A DNA stretch of 64,000 nt from Eisenibacter elegans DSM 3317 (GCF_000430505.1 NZ_AUMD01000021.1:1-64000); one strand, 5' to 3'. Positions 1 to 9,864 are shown, counted from the stretch's first letter. Numbers and translations: made by a program. The notes: generated by a model from the letters alone, not told the origin.

Positions 1-127
1 TTCTTTTGCGGATGGCTTTGAGTATTGACATCGATTGATGTTCGAAGTATCATCCGGCTAAGATGTGTTGTAATCGAATGCGTGCTCGGTGTTGTTTTGT
101 TTGCTTGATGTTGTCAATAAAGGAAGT

Positions 128-243
128 TAAACGGTGTTAATGGCAAGGGTGAACACCTCTTATCCATTCCGAACAGAGTCGTTAAGCCCCTTAGCGCCGA
201 TGGTACTGCGGTCAAACGTGGAAGAGTAGGTCGATGCCGGATA
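128..243 (+). rRNA. rrf: 5S ribosomal RNA. Boundaries are approximate, about +/-5 nt.
   Basis: Conserved 5S blocks read directly: 'CCATTCCGAACAGAG..GTTAAGC', 'GCGCCGATGGTACTG', 'GAAGAGTAGGTCGATGCC'. An intrinsic terminator follows immediately. The window start probably lies in the 23S 3' end or the spacer. Confidence 0.75.
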
Positions 244-256
244 ACTATTATCACAA

Positions 257-292
257 AAGCCTCTTAGAGTCAAATCTGAGAGGCTTTTTTGT
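257..292 (+). terminator. Rho-independent terminator ending the rRNA operon.
   Basis: Hairpin GCCTCTtAGAgtcaaaTCTgAGAGGC, followed by a TTTTTT run at 285-290. Confidence 0.6.
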
Positions 293-404
293 GTTCAACT
301 CCCAAGAGAAACCGGAAGGGGGGGCATCAGTCCGTAGGCAATCAAAAAAGCCACCCCAAAAACCTGAGGTGGCTCGTGATATCAGACCCGAAAGCGAGGG
401 AACG

Positions 405-2150
405 CTATACGCCTAATTCTACAATCATCTGACGGATTTTTTGTTCCAAGTCAGCCTTTTTATGCTCATAATCTGCTTGTGAGGGCAGTTCGGTGCGGAC
501 ACTGACATAAAACTTAATCTTGGGCTCTGTACCCGAGGGGCGGGCAGAGATGGTATCTCCGGCTTCTGTCAGGAACTGCAAGACATTAGAACGCTCAAAC
601 ACAAGGGGCGTTTGGGTGCCATCAGCGAGGAGGTGGCGGGTAAGTGCCTGATAATCGAGTACTTCCTTTACAGGGCTTCCACCGAGGGAAGTAGGTGGGT
701 TTTGGCGCAGGCGCTGCATCAGCGTTTGAATTTCTTCCGCACCGCTTTTCCCTTTTTTGGTGAGAGAGTGTAACCCTTCGAGGTAGAAGCCATACTTTTG
801 GTAGGTATCTAGCAGATACGTATAAAGCGATTGTCCTTGCGCTCGGAGGTAGGCACACATCTCGGCCAAAATCAAGGAGGTCGTGATGGCATCCTTATCC
901 CGCACAAAATCACCGATCATAAACCCGTAGCTTTCTTCGCCACCAGCCACAAAGTGCTGCTTTCCTTCTAGTTCTCGGATAATTTTTGCAATATACTTAA
1001 AGCCAGTAAGCGCCTCATAGCAAGCCACTTCGTGTGCTTTGGCAATATCGCTAATGAGGGCAGTGGTAACAATGGTCTTGACAATAAAGGCGTTTTGGGG
1101 TAATTTGCCTTGAGCTTGTAGTTGTTCTAACACAAAGCGTGTAATCAAGGCTCCGGTTTGGTTACCGTTGAGTAGCTCCCACTGACCATCAGGTTTGGGG
1201 ATGGCGATGCCCACACGGTCTGCATCGGGGTCAGTAGCCAGCACAAGATCAGCATCTTTTTGCTGTGCCAATACCAAGGCCAGCTCTAACGCTTCGGCAT
1301 CTTCGGGGTTGGGGGCTGGGGCGTGTGTGAAGTTCCCATCCACGGTGGCTTGCTCGGCTACAGTGTATACCTTGCTAAAGCCTGCGGCGGCAAGGGTTTG
1401 GGGCAGAATAGTGCCCGCAGTGCCGTGTAGCGGGGTAAAGACAATACGCACATTGGCACTGTAGCTCTTGGTGGTAGCAGGAGCTACAGAGCGTTTGAGC
1501 GATTCGCTGATAAAAGCTTCGTCAACGGCCTGTCCAATGTGGTGAACCAGCGCCGGATTACCCTCAAATTTTACCTGCGAAACATCCATTTTGGATACTT
1601 CAGCCACAATTTCGGCATCGTGTGGGGCTACTATCTGAGCGCCGTCTTCCCAGTATACCTTGAGTCCGTTATACTCCTTGGGGTTGTGTGAGGCCGTCAG
1701 CATCAGTCCGCTTTGGCAACCCAAGTGCCGGATTGCAAACGACAGCCACGGTGTAGGGCGCAAGGCCTCGCTCAGGTATACCTCGATGCCATTGGCCGAA
1801 AGAATATCAGCAGCCACTTGGGCAAAAACATCACTATGGATGCGGTTATCATAGGTGATGGCGACCTTGATTGTTTGCCCTTCAAAAGCCCGTAGCAGAC
1901 AGTTGGCCAAGCCCTGTACAGCCATTCCTACAGTGTAGCGGTTCATACGGTTGGTGCCCACGCCGCGCAGGCCGCGCATTCCGCCAGTACCAAACTCTAG
2001 GCTCTTGTAAAAAGCATCCATCAACTCGGCCTCTTGTCCTTGGTCGAGCAATTGTTGGATAGCAGTCTTGGTAGCGGCATCGTAGTTGCCTTGCAGCCAT
2101 TGTTCAATGGTATTGCGGACATCGGTTGGAATGTTTGTAGAAGAGGCCAT
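405..2150 (-). CDS. Phosphoglucomutase/phosphomannomutase family protein (alpha-D-phosphohexomutase).
   Basis: Active-site phosphoserine motif 'TASHNPKEYNGLKVY', a 'GGEESYG' sugar-binding loop, and the four-domain PGM/PMM architecture. The start was trimmed to the ATG giving 'MASSTNIPTDV' (complement of 2150-2148). The upstream 65 codons of the raw ORF have no homology signal. Confidence 0.9.
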   Translation of the reverse strand: MASSTNIPTDVRNTIEQWLQGNYDAATKTAIQQLLDQGQEAELMDAFYKSLEFGTGGMRGLRGVGTNRMNRYTVGMAVQGLANCLLRAFEGQTIKVAITYDNRIHSDVFAQVAADILSANGIEVYLSEALRPTPWLSFAIRHLGCQSGLMLTASHNPKEYNGLKVYWEDGAQIVAPHDAEIVAEVSKMDVSQVKFEGNPALVHHIGQAVDEAFISESLKRSVAPATTKSYSANVRIVFTPLHGTAGTILPQTLAAAGFSKVYTVAEQATVDGNFTHAPAPNPEDAEALELALVLAQQKDADLVLATDPDADRVGIAIPKPDGQWELLNGNQTGALITRFVLEQLQAQGKLPQNAFIVKTIVTTALISDIAKAHEVACYEALTGFKYIAKIIRELEGKQHFVAGGEESYGFMIGDFVRDKDAITTSLILAEMCAYLRAQGQSLYTYLLDTYQKYGFYLEGLHSLTKKGKSGAEEIQTLMQRLRQNPPTSLGGSPVKEVLDYQALTRHLLADGTQTPLVFERSNVLQFLTEAGDTISARPSGTEPKIKFYVSVRTELPSQADYEHKKADLEQKIRQMIVELGV

Positions 2151-2396
2151 AGGCTTATAGATTGTCTTTATAGTTGTGAAATTCAAACAAAGAAGGCTAC
2201 AAAAGTAAGACAAAAATAGCCTCCTTTCCAAAACTTGAGTCGGTAATGATTGATGGCAACGGCTTCTCAATGCTAATCTAGGTGCGTAGCTCTTTGATGC
2301 TAAATAACCCGCCATTTTATTGACAATCCGCCCGTTATTTTCCAACTTTGATGTTCAAACAAGGTATTTTCTAATATACAAAGACCATTTACCCTT

Positions 2397-3221
2397 ATGA
2401 GTAGCAATTCTCTTCAAAATATTATCGAACAAGCTTGGGAAGACCGCTCCCTCCTACAACAAGCCCAAACTACCGAGGCCATCCGCGAGGTTGTCGCACA
2501 GCTTGACAATGGCCAGCTGCGCGTAGCCACCCCTACCCAAGACGGCAACTGGCAAGTCAACGATTGGGTGAAGAAAGCCGTGATCCTCTTTTTCCCCATC
2601 CAGCAGATGCAAACACACGAGGTGGGCATGTTTGAGTTTCACGACAAAATCCCCCTCAAGCGTGGCTATGCCGAAAAAGGGGTACGTGTAGTGCCTCATG
2701 CCATCGCACGCTATGGTGCCTATGTGGCCTCTGGCGTAGTGATGATGCCCTCTTATGTCAACATCGGCGCTTATGTAGACAGCGGCACCATGGTCGATAC
2801 CTGGGCTACGGTAGGCAGCTGCGCCCAGATAGGCAAAAACGTACACCTCAGCGGTGGCGTAGGCATCGGCGGTGTGTTGGAGCCGGTACAGGCCGCTCCC
2901 GTCATTATCGAAGACGGAGCTTTTGTAGGCTCCCGCTGTATTGTGGTAGAGGGCGTGCGCGTTGGCAAAGAGGCCGTATTGGGCGCCAATGTCGTATTGA
3001 CGGGTAGCTCCAAAATCATTGATGTTACAGGCCCAGAGCCCATCATCCACCAAGGCTACGTACCGCCGCGTGCCGTGGTCATTCCGGGCAGCTACGCCAA
3101 GCAATTCCCCGCAGGCGAATACCACGTGCCTGCCGCCCTCATCATCGGGCAGCGCAAGGCCAGCACCGACCTCAAGACCTCACTCAACGATGCCCTCCGC
3201 GAGAACAACGTGGCCGTGTAG
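2397..3221 (+). CDS. dapD: 2,3,4,5-tetrahydropyridine-2,6-dicarboxylate N-succinyltransferase (lysine/DAP pathway).
   Basis: Left-handed beta-helix hexapeptide repeats ('GAYVDSGTMVDTWATVGSCAQIGKNVHLSGGVGIGG') and a length of ~274 aa, typical of Bacteroidota DapD. Confidence 0.85.
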   Translation: MSSNSLQNIIEQAWEDRSLLQQAQTTEAIREVVAQLDNGQLRVATPTQDGNWQVNDWVKKAVILFFPIQQMQTHEVGMFEFHDKIPLKRGYAEKGVRVVPHAIARYGAYVASGVVMMPSYVNIGAYVDSGTMVDTWATVGSCAQIGKNVHLSGGVGIGGVLEPVQAAPVIIEDGAFVGSRCIVVEGVRVGKEAVLGANVVLTGSSKIIDVTGPEPIIHQGYVPPRAVVIPGSYAKQFPAGEYHVPAALIIGQRKASTDLKTSLNDALRENNVAV

Positions 3222-3465
3222 TGAACGAACCATTCCTAGCCGGACGTTTTTTTCTTGGGGCTTTCCCCTTCGGGGTCGGGCTAGGCGGCTGTACTCCTCG
3301 CACTTCGTGCTGTGGGGTACTGCTCGCCTATCCCTAAGCCGCTTGCGCCTGCATACCTAACGGCGGCTTCATCCGCAGTGCGTTTGCCACGAATGCACAA
3401 ATATTTTTCCGCCTTAGCGCCCTCTGCGGTTAAAAAAACGCCTACTTATTTCACACATTCTCCGT

Positions 3466-4440
3466 ATGCGCCTTACCCACAAGCCCGTCCTTTGCAACTA
3501 TTACCTGACCTACCGCTGCAATGCTAAATGTGGGTTTTGTGATATATGGGAGCGGCCATCGCCCTATGTAACCCTAGAGGCCGCCGCTCAGAACTTAGCC
3601 GATTTGCGTCGCCTTGGTGTGCGCATCATCGATTTTACGGGTGGCGAACCCCTCCTACACCGTGAAGTTGGTGGGCTTTTGCAGATGGCCAAAGACCTAG
3701 GCTTTATCACCACCCTCACCACCAACGGGCTGCTCTACCCCAAACGGGCCGAAGCCCTGCGAGGCTTGGTAGATATGCTGCATTTTTCGCTCGATGCTGC
3801 CGATGCCCACACCCACGACACCATGCGTGGCGTAGCCTGCTTCGACAAGGTGATGGAATCCATTGCAGTAGCCAAAACGCTTGGCGAGCGTCCCGACATC
3901 CTGTTTACGGTCTTAGCCAACAACCTCGACCAGCTAGAGGCCGTCTACAGCCAAATTTGCCAACCCAACGGCCTAGTGCTGATTATCAATCCGGCATTTA
4001 GCTACAACGAAGTAGGCACCCAACTTACCTCTGAGCAGCTCCAGACCCTCCATCGTTGGGGCAAGCGCCCGGGTGTATACCTCAACGATGCCTTTATCCA
4101 ACTTCGCCTCGATGGCGGCAACCAAACCGACCGACCGGTATGCTTAGCCGGCAGTACAACCGTGGTCATCTCCCCCGAAAACGAACTGGTGCTCCCCTGT
4201 TATCATCTCGGACTCAAATCTTTCCCCATCGAAGGGCGCTTGTACAGCCTTTACCAAAGCACGGAAGTACAACAGCTCATCGCCCTCGAAGGCCGCCTGC
4301 CTGCCTGCCAAGGCTGTGTGGTCAACTGCTATATGCAGCCTTCGTTTGGGGTCAAGGTCAACCGCTACTTTTGGAAAGCCCTCCCCAGCACCCTCAAATA
4401 CAACCGCCTCAAAGGAACTTGGAAGCAGCTGCTGGGGTAA
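3466..4440 (+). CDS. Radical SAM protein with a C-terminal Cys-rich (SPASM/twitch-like) region.
   Basis: CxxxCxxC cluster 'CNAKCGFC' near the N-terminus, a 'FTGGEPLL' SAM-binding motif, and C-terminal 'CQGCVVNC'. Confidence 0.8.
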   Translation: MRLTHKPVLCNYYLTYRCNAKCGFCDIWERPSPYVTLEAAAQNLADLRRLGVRIIDFTGGEPLLHREVGGLLQMAKDLGFITTLTTNGLLYPKRAEALRGLVDMLHFSLDAADAHTHDTMRGVACFDKVMESIAVAKTLGERPDILFTVLANNLDQLEAVYSQICQPNGLVLIINPAFSYNEVGTQLTSEQLQTLHRWGKRPGVYLNDAFIQLRLDGGNQTDRPVCLAGSTTVVISPENELVLPCYHLGLKSFPIEGRLYSLYQSTEVQQLIALEGRLPACQGCVVNCYMQPSFGVKVNRYFWKALPSTLKYNRLKGTWKQLLG

Positions 4441-4460
4441 GGGAAACCCCACCCAAGAGC

Positions 4461-4658
4461 TTACTCTTGAGAGGGGGGGTGCTGGGCTGGCGGCTCATCG
4501 GGGCTATTTTTGGGGAGGCGCTTGGCCTCTTTGAGTGCGCGGTGGATGAGCCATTCCAGTTGGCCGTTGGTACTTCTAAACTCATCAGCTGCCCACTTTT
4601 CTACTGCATCCAACAGCTCGGGGTCTATACGAAGGGCAAATGATTTTTTCCTTGCCAT
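4461..4658 (-). CDS. Small ribbon-helix-helix (Arc/CopG-like) DNA-binding protein.
   Basis: 65 aa. The N-terminal 'KKSFALRIDPELLDAVEKWA' is the classic RHH beta-strand plus helix pattern. Ends 6 nt from the next gene on the same strand. Confidence 0.5.
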   Translation of the reverse strand: MARKKSFALRIDPELLDAVEKWAADEFRSTNGQLEWLIHRALKEAKRLPKNSPDEPPAQHPPSQE

Positions 4659-4664
4659 AGGCGC

Positions 4665-5525
4665 TTAGTGATGTAGTGTGCCGGCATTGACTACAGGAGC
4701 CACATCCTTATCAGCACAGAGTACAACCATCAGATTACTAACCATTGCGGCGCGGCGCTCATCGTCTAGGTCTACGACTTGCTTTTTGGAGAGTTGGTCC
4801 AAGGCCATCTCGACCATTCCTACAGCGCCTTCTACGATTTTTTGGCGAGCGGCCACTACAGCGGCAGCTTGTTGGCGGCGCAGCATTGCCCCGGCAATTT
4901 CGGTAGCATAGGCCAAGTACCCGATACGGGCTTCGATGACTTGTATGCCTGCGATGGCAAGGCGCTCTGCCAGTTCTTCTTCGAGGTGGTGGTTTACCTC
5001 ATTGGTGCCAGAGCGGAGGGTCAGCTCGGCTTCGTCGTCGAGGTTGTCATAAGGGTAGGCTCCGGCTAACTTGCGTACGGCAGCATCGCTTTGTACGCGC
5101 ACAAACTGCTCGTAATCATCTACTTCGAAGGCGGCTTTGAAGGTCTCACGTACTTGCCAAACCAAGATGATGCTGATCATAATGGGGTTGCCTAGTTTGT
5201 CGTTGACCTTGAGGCGCTCGCTGTCGAAGTTGCGTGCCCGTAGGGAAACACTCTTCTTGGTGTAAAAAGGGTTGGCCCAGAAGAAGCCATTGGCCTTGAC
5301 AGTGCCCTTGTACTCTCCAAAAAGCGTCAGCACTTTGGAGCTGTTGGGGTCTACGATGAAGAAGCCCGGCATCAAGAATCCTAAGAGGAAGAAGCCAAAC
5401 ACGGCCCAAACTTTAACGACAAATACCAAGGCGATAGAACCCACAAAAACTAAGAAGCTCAGCAACAACATCCCGTAGGCTGAGGCGGGGGTATAATTCT
5501 TTTCTGTCATAATGGTATGTTTCAA
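4665..5525 (-). CDS. SPFH/band-7 (stomatin/prohibitin-like) membrane protein.
   Basis: N-terminal TM segment followed by an SPFH core ('[23 protein letters not shown]...[20 protein letters not shown]') and a C-terminal coiled-coil region. Confidence 0.85.
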   Translation of the reverse strand: MKHTIMTEKNYTPASAYGMLLLSFLVFVGSIALVFVVKVWAVFGFFLLGFLMPGFFIVDPNSSKVLTLFGEYKGTVKANGFFWANPFYTKKSVSLRARNFDSERLKVNDKLGNPIMISIILVWQVRETFKAAFEVDDYEQFVRVQSDAAVRKLAGAYPYDNLDDEAELTLRSGTNEVNHHLEEELAERLAIAGIQVIEARIGYLAYATEIAGAMLRRQQAAAVVAARQKIVEGAVGMVEMALDQLSKKQVVDLDDERRAAMVSNLMVVLCADKDVAPVVNAGTLHH

Positions 5526-5639
5526 GATGGTGATGAATTACCTTGCTTTGATTTTGATATGATATCAAATTAATATCATATTGTTAGATACGTAACAGCG
5601 CCACAGAAGGTTCAGTGGGTCGGCGAAAAAAATGAGAAA

Positions 5640-5683
5640 AAATAAAAAAGGCCTCTTGTTTTTACACAAAGAGGTCTTTTGCC
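5640..5683 (-). terminator. Rho-independent terminator downstream of the small OMP gene.
   Basis: On the minus strand: AAGACCTCTTTgtgtaaaaaCAAGAGGCCTT, followed by TTTTTTATTTTTT. Confidence 0.5.
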
Positions 5684-5785
5684 ACGGATGCACGGATGGT
5701 TTTTATTTGTAGTGATTTGGCCTACGAACAGATACCCAATCAAGCTTGGTTGGGGAAGTGTATCTGAAAATCCTATCTTAGGGTG

Positions 5786-6208
5786 TTACCAATCAAAGCG
5801 GAAGCCCAACCCTATGCCTGGGTTCCATTGCCCGTTTTGGGTGCTTGTTTTGGGGTTGTAGTATAGTGGTAGCTGGAACACGAGATGCTTGTAAGCATAA
5901 GTCAGCCCGAAGCCTAGGGTAGGGGTTACGAAGGCATTTCGGGTATCGCCTTGGTCTTCCTTGAAGCGAAGTGAGGGCAACATTCCTAAGACTAATTTGC
6001 TGTATCCAAATTTGTAGAAAAAACACGGTCCAGTAAAATTGAGGTAAGCTCCTTGGTCTACATATCCGGTGGCGATGATGCCATTGAAGGCTTCAAAACC
6101 TGATTTTACCGATTTTTTGGCAGGCTCGGCCATACTTTCGTCTTGGGCCTGAAGCATAGGGATATGGAACAGTAAGACGAGGAGGAGCACAAAGTGTTTT
6201 TTCATCAT
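5786..6208 (-). CDS. Small secreted outer-membrane beta-barrel-like protein, hypothetical.
   Basis: Signal peptide 'MMKKHFVLLLVLLFHIPMLQAQ'. Alternating aromatic beta-strand pattern. C-terminal '...GFRFDW' with a terminal aromatic residue typical of OMP barrels. Start trimmed to the ATGATG at complement 6208-6203. Confidence 0.65.
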   Translation of the reverse strand: MMKKHFVLLLVLLFHIPMLQAQDESMAEPAKKSVKSGFEAFNGIIATGYVDQGAYLNFTGPCFFYKFGYSKLVLGMLPSLRFKEDQGDTRNAFVTPTLGFGLTYAYKHLVFQLPLYYNPKTSTQNGQWNPGIGLGFRFDW

Positions 6209-6309
6209 TGTACGACAGTTTTGGGTTTGAGCAAGTATTTCTTCCAAAACTACAAAAAGACAGGAGTGTTTGCCAAAAAATATCCAGTAGTGTGTCCTAT
6301 ACCCAGTAT

Positions 6310-7062
6310 TTAAGCAACCCAGACCACCGTTGTTTGTAGGCGACCATCGGGCAAAACACATACCTTGCGGTAGCCCGGTTGGGTGCTGCTGACGGCATAT
6401 TGTGCCGTGCTGGGAGTCATTTGGAGTTGATAACTACTGGCAGGGGTAACCCAGTATTGCACACCATTACGTTGCCAAGTTCTGTCGGTATGGATATGCC
6501 CAAACATCACAGCTTTCACCTGTGGGTGTTGGTCAATGACTTCGAACAGTTCAGCGCTATTTTGGAGCATAAACGGATCCATCCAGGTATCTGTCGGAAT
6601 AGGAGGGTGATGGAGCGCTAAGAGGCAGGTTTTGTCGCGGTGTCGGGTGAGGTTTTCTTGGAGTTGGGCTAGGGACTGGCTGCTGAGCAGGCCATGACTT
6701 TTACCGGGTACACTGCTATCAAGCATACACAGGGCTACTTGACCCATCGCCACACAACCCGTTTGGCGCACTTGCAGGCCGGGGCAAAGCGCCCGCATTA
6801 AAAGCGCATCGTCGTGATTGCCGGGCAGCCAATAGTAAGGGATGCCCAAGGGCTGCATCAGGGTATCAAAATGATGGTAGGCTTCTTGTTCGGCCAAGTC
6901 TGTAATATCACCGCTGACCAACACAAAATCAGGCTGTGGGCTGAGGTGCTGCAAATGGGTCAACAGCTTGCGAAATTGTTGGTCAGGGTTGACCTCAGGG
7001 CCGGAAAGTATACGCTCAGTGTCTGCAAATAGGTGGATATCAGTGATTTGTACGAAGTACAT
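6310..7062 (-). CDS. Calcineurin-like metallophosphoesterase (CpdA-like 3',5'-cyclic nucleotide phosphodiesterase family).
   Basis: Motifs 'DIHL', 'GDITD', 'GNHD', 'GHIH' in the canonical order. Confidence 0.85.
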   Translation of the reverse strand: MYFVQITDIHLFADTERILSGPEVNPDQQFRKLLTHLQHLSPQPDFVLVSGDITDLAEQEAYHHFDTLMQPLGIPYYWLPGNHDDALLMRALCPGLQVRQTGCVAMGQVALCMLDSSVPGKSHGLLSSQSLAQLQENLTRHRDKTCLLALHHPPIPTDTWMDPFMLQNSAELFEVIDQHPQVKAVMFGHIHTDRTWQRNGVQYWVTPASSYQLQMTPSTAQYAVSSTQPGYRKVCVLPDGRLQTTVVWVA

Positions 7063-7102
7063 AAGCGTGATTTTGAGAAGTAAGTGATAGACCGAACAGC
7101 TT

Positions 7103-7207
7103 TATACGCAACTAAAAGTAGTTTGTGGAAACAGATCTGCTGAAAAATCTTTGTGCATCAAGAAAATCAAATCCACTGAGCCCTTAAATCAAGTACATCT
7201 TGCCATA
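7103..7207 (+). repeat. Copy E of a MITE-like intergenic repeat family. Diverged, long form.
   Basis: 'TATACgCAAC...GTTTGtGgAAAc...GCTGAAAAATCtTTGtgCATCAAGAAAATCAAATCC...ATCTTGccATA' aligns with the copies at 17061, 21803, 30715(rc) and 36026(rc). Confidence 0.6.
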
Positions 7208-7339
7208 AAATGTGTTTCTGATGAGATGGGCGCAAGAGGCGAGGTATAGGGGTACAAATATTTGCGCTTTCCAACATTTGATTTTTTAGAAGATAATTGT
7301 ACCTTCATTGAGTACATACATATTTATTCCCAAGAGGAT

Positions 7340-7912
7340 ATGCAACAAGATTTAGAGAAAAACTACAAACCAGTGCGGTTTTCACGCACCACACTCAACG
7401 AATTGATGATTCCGGCCTATGCCAACTTTGGCGGCAAGATACACGGGGGTATTTTGCTTTCTTTGATGGACAAAGTGGCCTATGCCTGTGCCTACAAACA
7501 CGCTGGTACTTATTGTGTAACAGTAGCGGTAAACAGGGTCGAATTTTTGGAACCTGTAGAGGTGGGCGAGATGGTCAATATGTTGGCTTCGGTCAATTAT
7601 GTAGGCAAAAGCTCGATGGTGGTGGGAATCAAAGTCATCACCGAAAACTTCAAAACCGGCACCACCAAACACACCAATTCCTCCTACTTTACGATGGTTG
7701 CCAAGGACGACGAGGGGCGGCCTTCTACAGTACCCGGTCTTTTGCTCGAAACCCACGATGATGTCCGCCGATACCTCAAGGCTATCCGCTTGCGTACTTT
7801 ACGCCAACACATACGTACGGAGCTAGACAAGGTAGACCAGCATATTGACTACAGCCAGTTAGATACCCTATTGGCTGAAGAGCGCTGCCAGCTTCAACTC
7901 AAGACTGAGTAA
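7340..7912 (+). CDS. Acyl-CoA thioesterase (hotdog fold, YciA/Acot-like).
   Basis: 'GGKIHGGILLSLMDKVAYACA...VTVAVNRVEFLEPVEVGEMV' hotdog thioesterase core. Start placed at the internal ATG giving 'MQQDLEKNYKPVRF'. The raw ORF extends to 7262. Confidence 0.8.
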   Translation: MQQDLEKNYKPVRFSRTTLNELMIPAYANFGGKIHGGILLSLMDKVAYACAYKHAGTYCVTVAVNRVEFLEPVEVGEMVNMLASVNYVGKSSMVVGIKVITENFKTGTTKHTNSSYFTMVAKDDEGRPSTVPGLLLETHDDVRRYLKAIRLRTLRQHIRTELDKVDQHIDYSQLDTLLAEERCQLQLKTE

Positions 7913-8240
7913 CCTGACCGTTTTGTTTGGTAACGGCGATTTGGTTGCGCAGTTCGTGGGAGAGGCGCTTGACTTGCTCTTGGGGGCTTTTGTGTAGTTC
8001 GTGGGTGTAGCCGTGGAGGCTCAAAATCTCTTTATCCATACTGATAATGATGTTTTCGAGCGCCTCTACACGCTGCTGCAAATCCATTTGTTTGCCCAGA
8101 GACTCCTGCAGGGCTAGTTTTTCGGTTTTGCTAAGCCCACCGTTCTCGGCTTGTATGCGCTTGACACGGATGTAGGTGCGACCAAAAATGGCCGCTAAAG
8201 GCACAGACATTATGCTGAGTATAATAAGTACATCTTGCAT
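7899..8240 (-). CDS. Hypothetical small membrane-anchored coiled-coil protein.
   Basis: An N-terminal TM segment ('VLIILSIMSVPLAAIFG') followed by a heptad-rich helix. No recognisable family. Confidence 0.45.
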   Translation of the reverse strand: MQDVLIILSIMSVPLAAIFGRTYIRVKRIQAENGGLSKTEKLALQESLGKQMDLQQRVEALENIIISMDKEILSLHGYTHELHKSPQEQVKRLSHELRNQIAVTKQNGQVTQS

Positions 8241-8323
8241 AAGGAAGGGTGTTTAAAGGCTGATTAGTAACATTTCGCAATATAAAGACCAAGCCGTTTG
8301 CTGAGGGTTGCACAGCGAGTGAT

Positions 8324-9409
8324 TTATTTTTTCCGTTTTTTACCTTTATTTTGGGCGAAGCCTGTTTGCTCCAGCCACTGATGTAGATACTCCAAATAAC
8401 CGGGGAGATAGCTTTTTTCGAGGAACATATACTCTGCCGGGTTGCCGGTATTGGCTGCCTGAAAGAGGTGGTTTCCTTCGGGGAAGCGCTTGCTTTCGTG
8501 TGTGGGGTTGTACCCTTGGCGCAAGGCAGCCAACATTGGAGCTTCGTTTTGGTCTGGAGGGACTTGCAGATCTTTGTCGCCAAAGAGTAGTAAGGTTGGA
8601 CATCGAACTTTTTGGAGCGTCGGCACGGGGTCATAGCGCAAGAAAAAGCGCATCCAAGGGCTTTGAAGCGTAGCTTTTTGTTGCTCAAATAGATTTTTAA
8701 TCGCTTGTTCGGTGGCATTAGGTACTAGTTCCCCAAACAAGCCTTCCAACTCGTCCCAGCCTTGGTCGTCGATGGCGGCTTGATAAGCCAATCTATTGAA
8801 TGCCAGTGTTTTTGTTATTTGCTCAGGATTTTGCCCACTAACACCAAGGATAAGGCGGCTCTGTTCCATCAGCAGGCTGTCGCCACGCACGCCAACCGGC
8901 GCCGCCAACACCAAGCAGGCAATCTGGAGTTCAGGATATTGAGTAGCCACCATTGGCGCAATTACCCCGCCTTCGCTATGCCCATAGAGTCCGATACGGT
9001 GCGGGTCGATGTGTGGATGTTGACTCAGCCAGCGTACGGCAGCGCCAATATCTTGGGCAAAATCGGCAGAAGTAGCGGTGGCCATAGAGCCGGTAGAGCT
9101 GCCCACACCCCGGTCGTCGAGGCGCAAAACCGCTATTCCTCGGTTGCTTAGGTAGTGTGCCAAATCCCCAAAAAGCTTGAACCCAAAGAGGTTTGAGTCG
9201 CGGTCTTGGGGGCCACTGCCACTGATGAGCACCAAGACTGGAGGTTTCCCCTCCGGCGGGTAGGTCAGGGTACCGGCTAACACAAAATCTTCGACCTCAA
9301 TGCGTACTTCCTCACTACGGTAAAGGGTATCTTGTGCCCAAAGATATGAGAAGGGTAGGGTAGTAACAATCCACAAACAAAAAATACGTAGGCGTAGCAT
9401 CAGTATCAA
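8324..9409 (-). CDS. Secreted alpha/beta-fold hydrolase.
   Basis: Signal peptide, nucleophile elbow 'GHSEGG', and a 'GSGPQDRDSN' oxyanion region. Confidence 0.85.
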   Translation of the reverse strand: MILMLRLRIFCLWIVTTLPFSYLWAQDTLYRSEEVRIEVEDFVLAGTLTYPPEGKPPVLVLISGSGPQDRDSNLFGFKLFGDLAHYLSNRGIAVLRLDDRGVGSSTGSMATATSADFAQDIGAAVRWLSQHPHIDPHRIGLYGHSEGGVIAPMVATQYPELQIACLVLAAPVGVRGDSLLMEQSRLILGVSGQNPEQITKTLAFNRLAYQAAIDDQGWDELEGLFGELVPNATEQAIKNLFEQQKATLQSPWMRFFLRYDPVPTLQKVRCPTLLLFGDKDLQVPPDQNEAPMLAALRQGYNPTHESKRFPEGNHLFQAANTGNPAEYMFLEKSYLPGYLEYLHQWLEQTGFAQNKGKKRKK

Positions 9410-9818
9410 GTTAGTTAGGAGTAATTTTAGGAAATATACAAAAACCTAAGAAATTGTTGGTGTATAAGGGGTATTTTAAAGTTTGTTTAAGTTTTGTTAC
9501 CGGGTATTTTCTGGATCACCTAATGGCGCTTACGCTGTTTTGGTATAAAATATTGCATATTTCCTAATCAGGGCTGGATTCATCTAGTTTTAGCGTCTAG
9601 ATAGGGCGTACAACCACAAAAAGCTACTGACTTTTTGTGGCAAATGTATACCAAAATTCAGTATTAGGGCGCGCTGAATCAGATAAGATATTCCGAAAAA
9701 ACCGCAATAGGGATGCTCCTTGGTGGCCTTTGTGGTTAAATATGTGTCAAGAACAGGGGGTGAAATGAGTATAACAATGACAACAACCAAAAATGTCTAG
9801 TAGTGTGTGTCAATGATA

Positions 9819-9855
9819 AGAAAAAACGCTGACAAGTTGGTCGTCTTGTCAGCGT
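9819..9855 (-). terminator. Rho-independent terminator of metH.
   Basis: Minus-strand hairpin ACGCTGACAAGacgaccaaCTTGTCAGCGT, followed by TTTTTTCTT. Confidence 0.55.
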
Positions 9856-9864
9856 AGAGGTATT

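Noticed and set aside
234-416. 60-aa ORF right after 5S rRNA.
   Set aside because: It spans the rRNA terminator hairpin and overlaps the convergent phosphohexomutase 3' end. There is no coding signal.
2454-3125. 223-aa ORF antisense to dapD (and other antisense ORFs such as 8131-8718, 19283-19894, 24018-24785 and 51585-52604).
   Set aside because: Long antisense ORFs are expected in GC-rich coding DNA. Each sits fully inside a confidently assigned gene on the other strand and has a Gly/Arg/Ala-rich, low-complexity composition.
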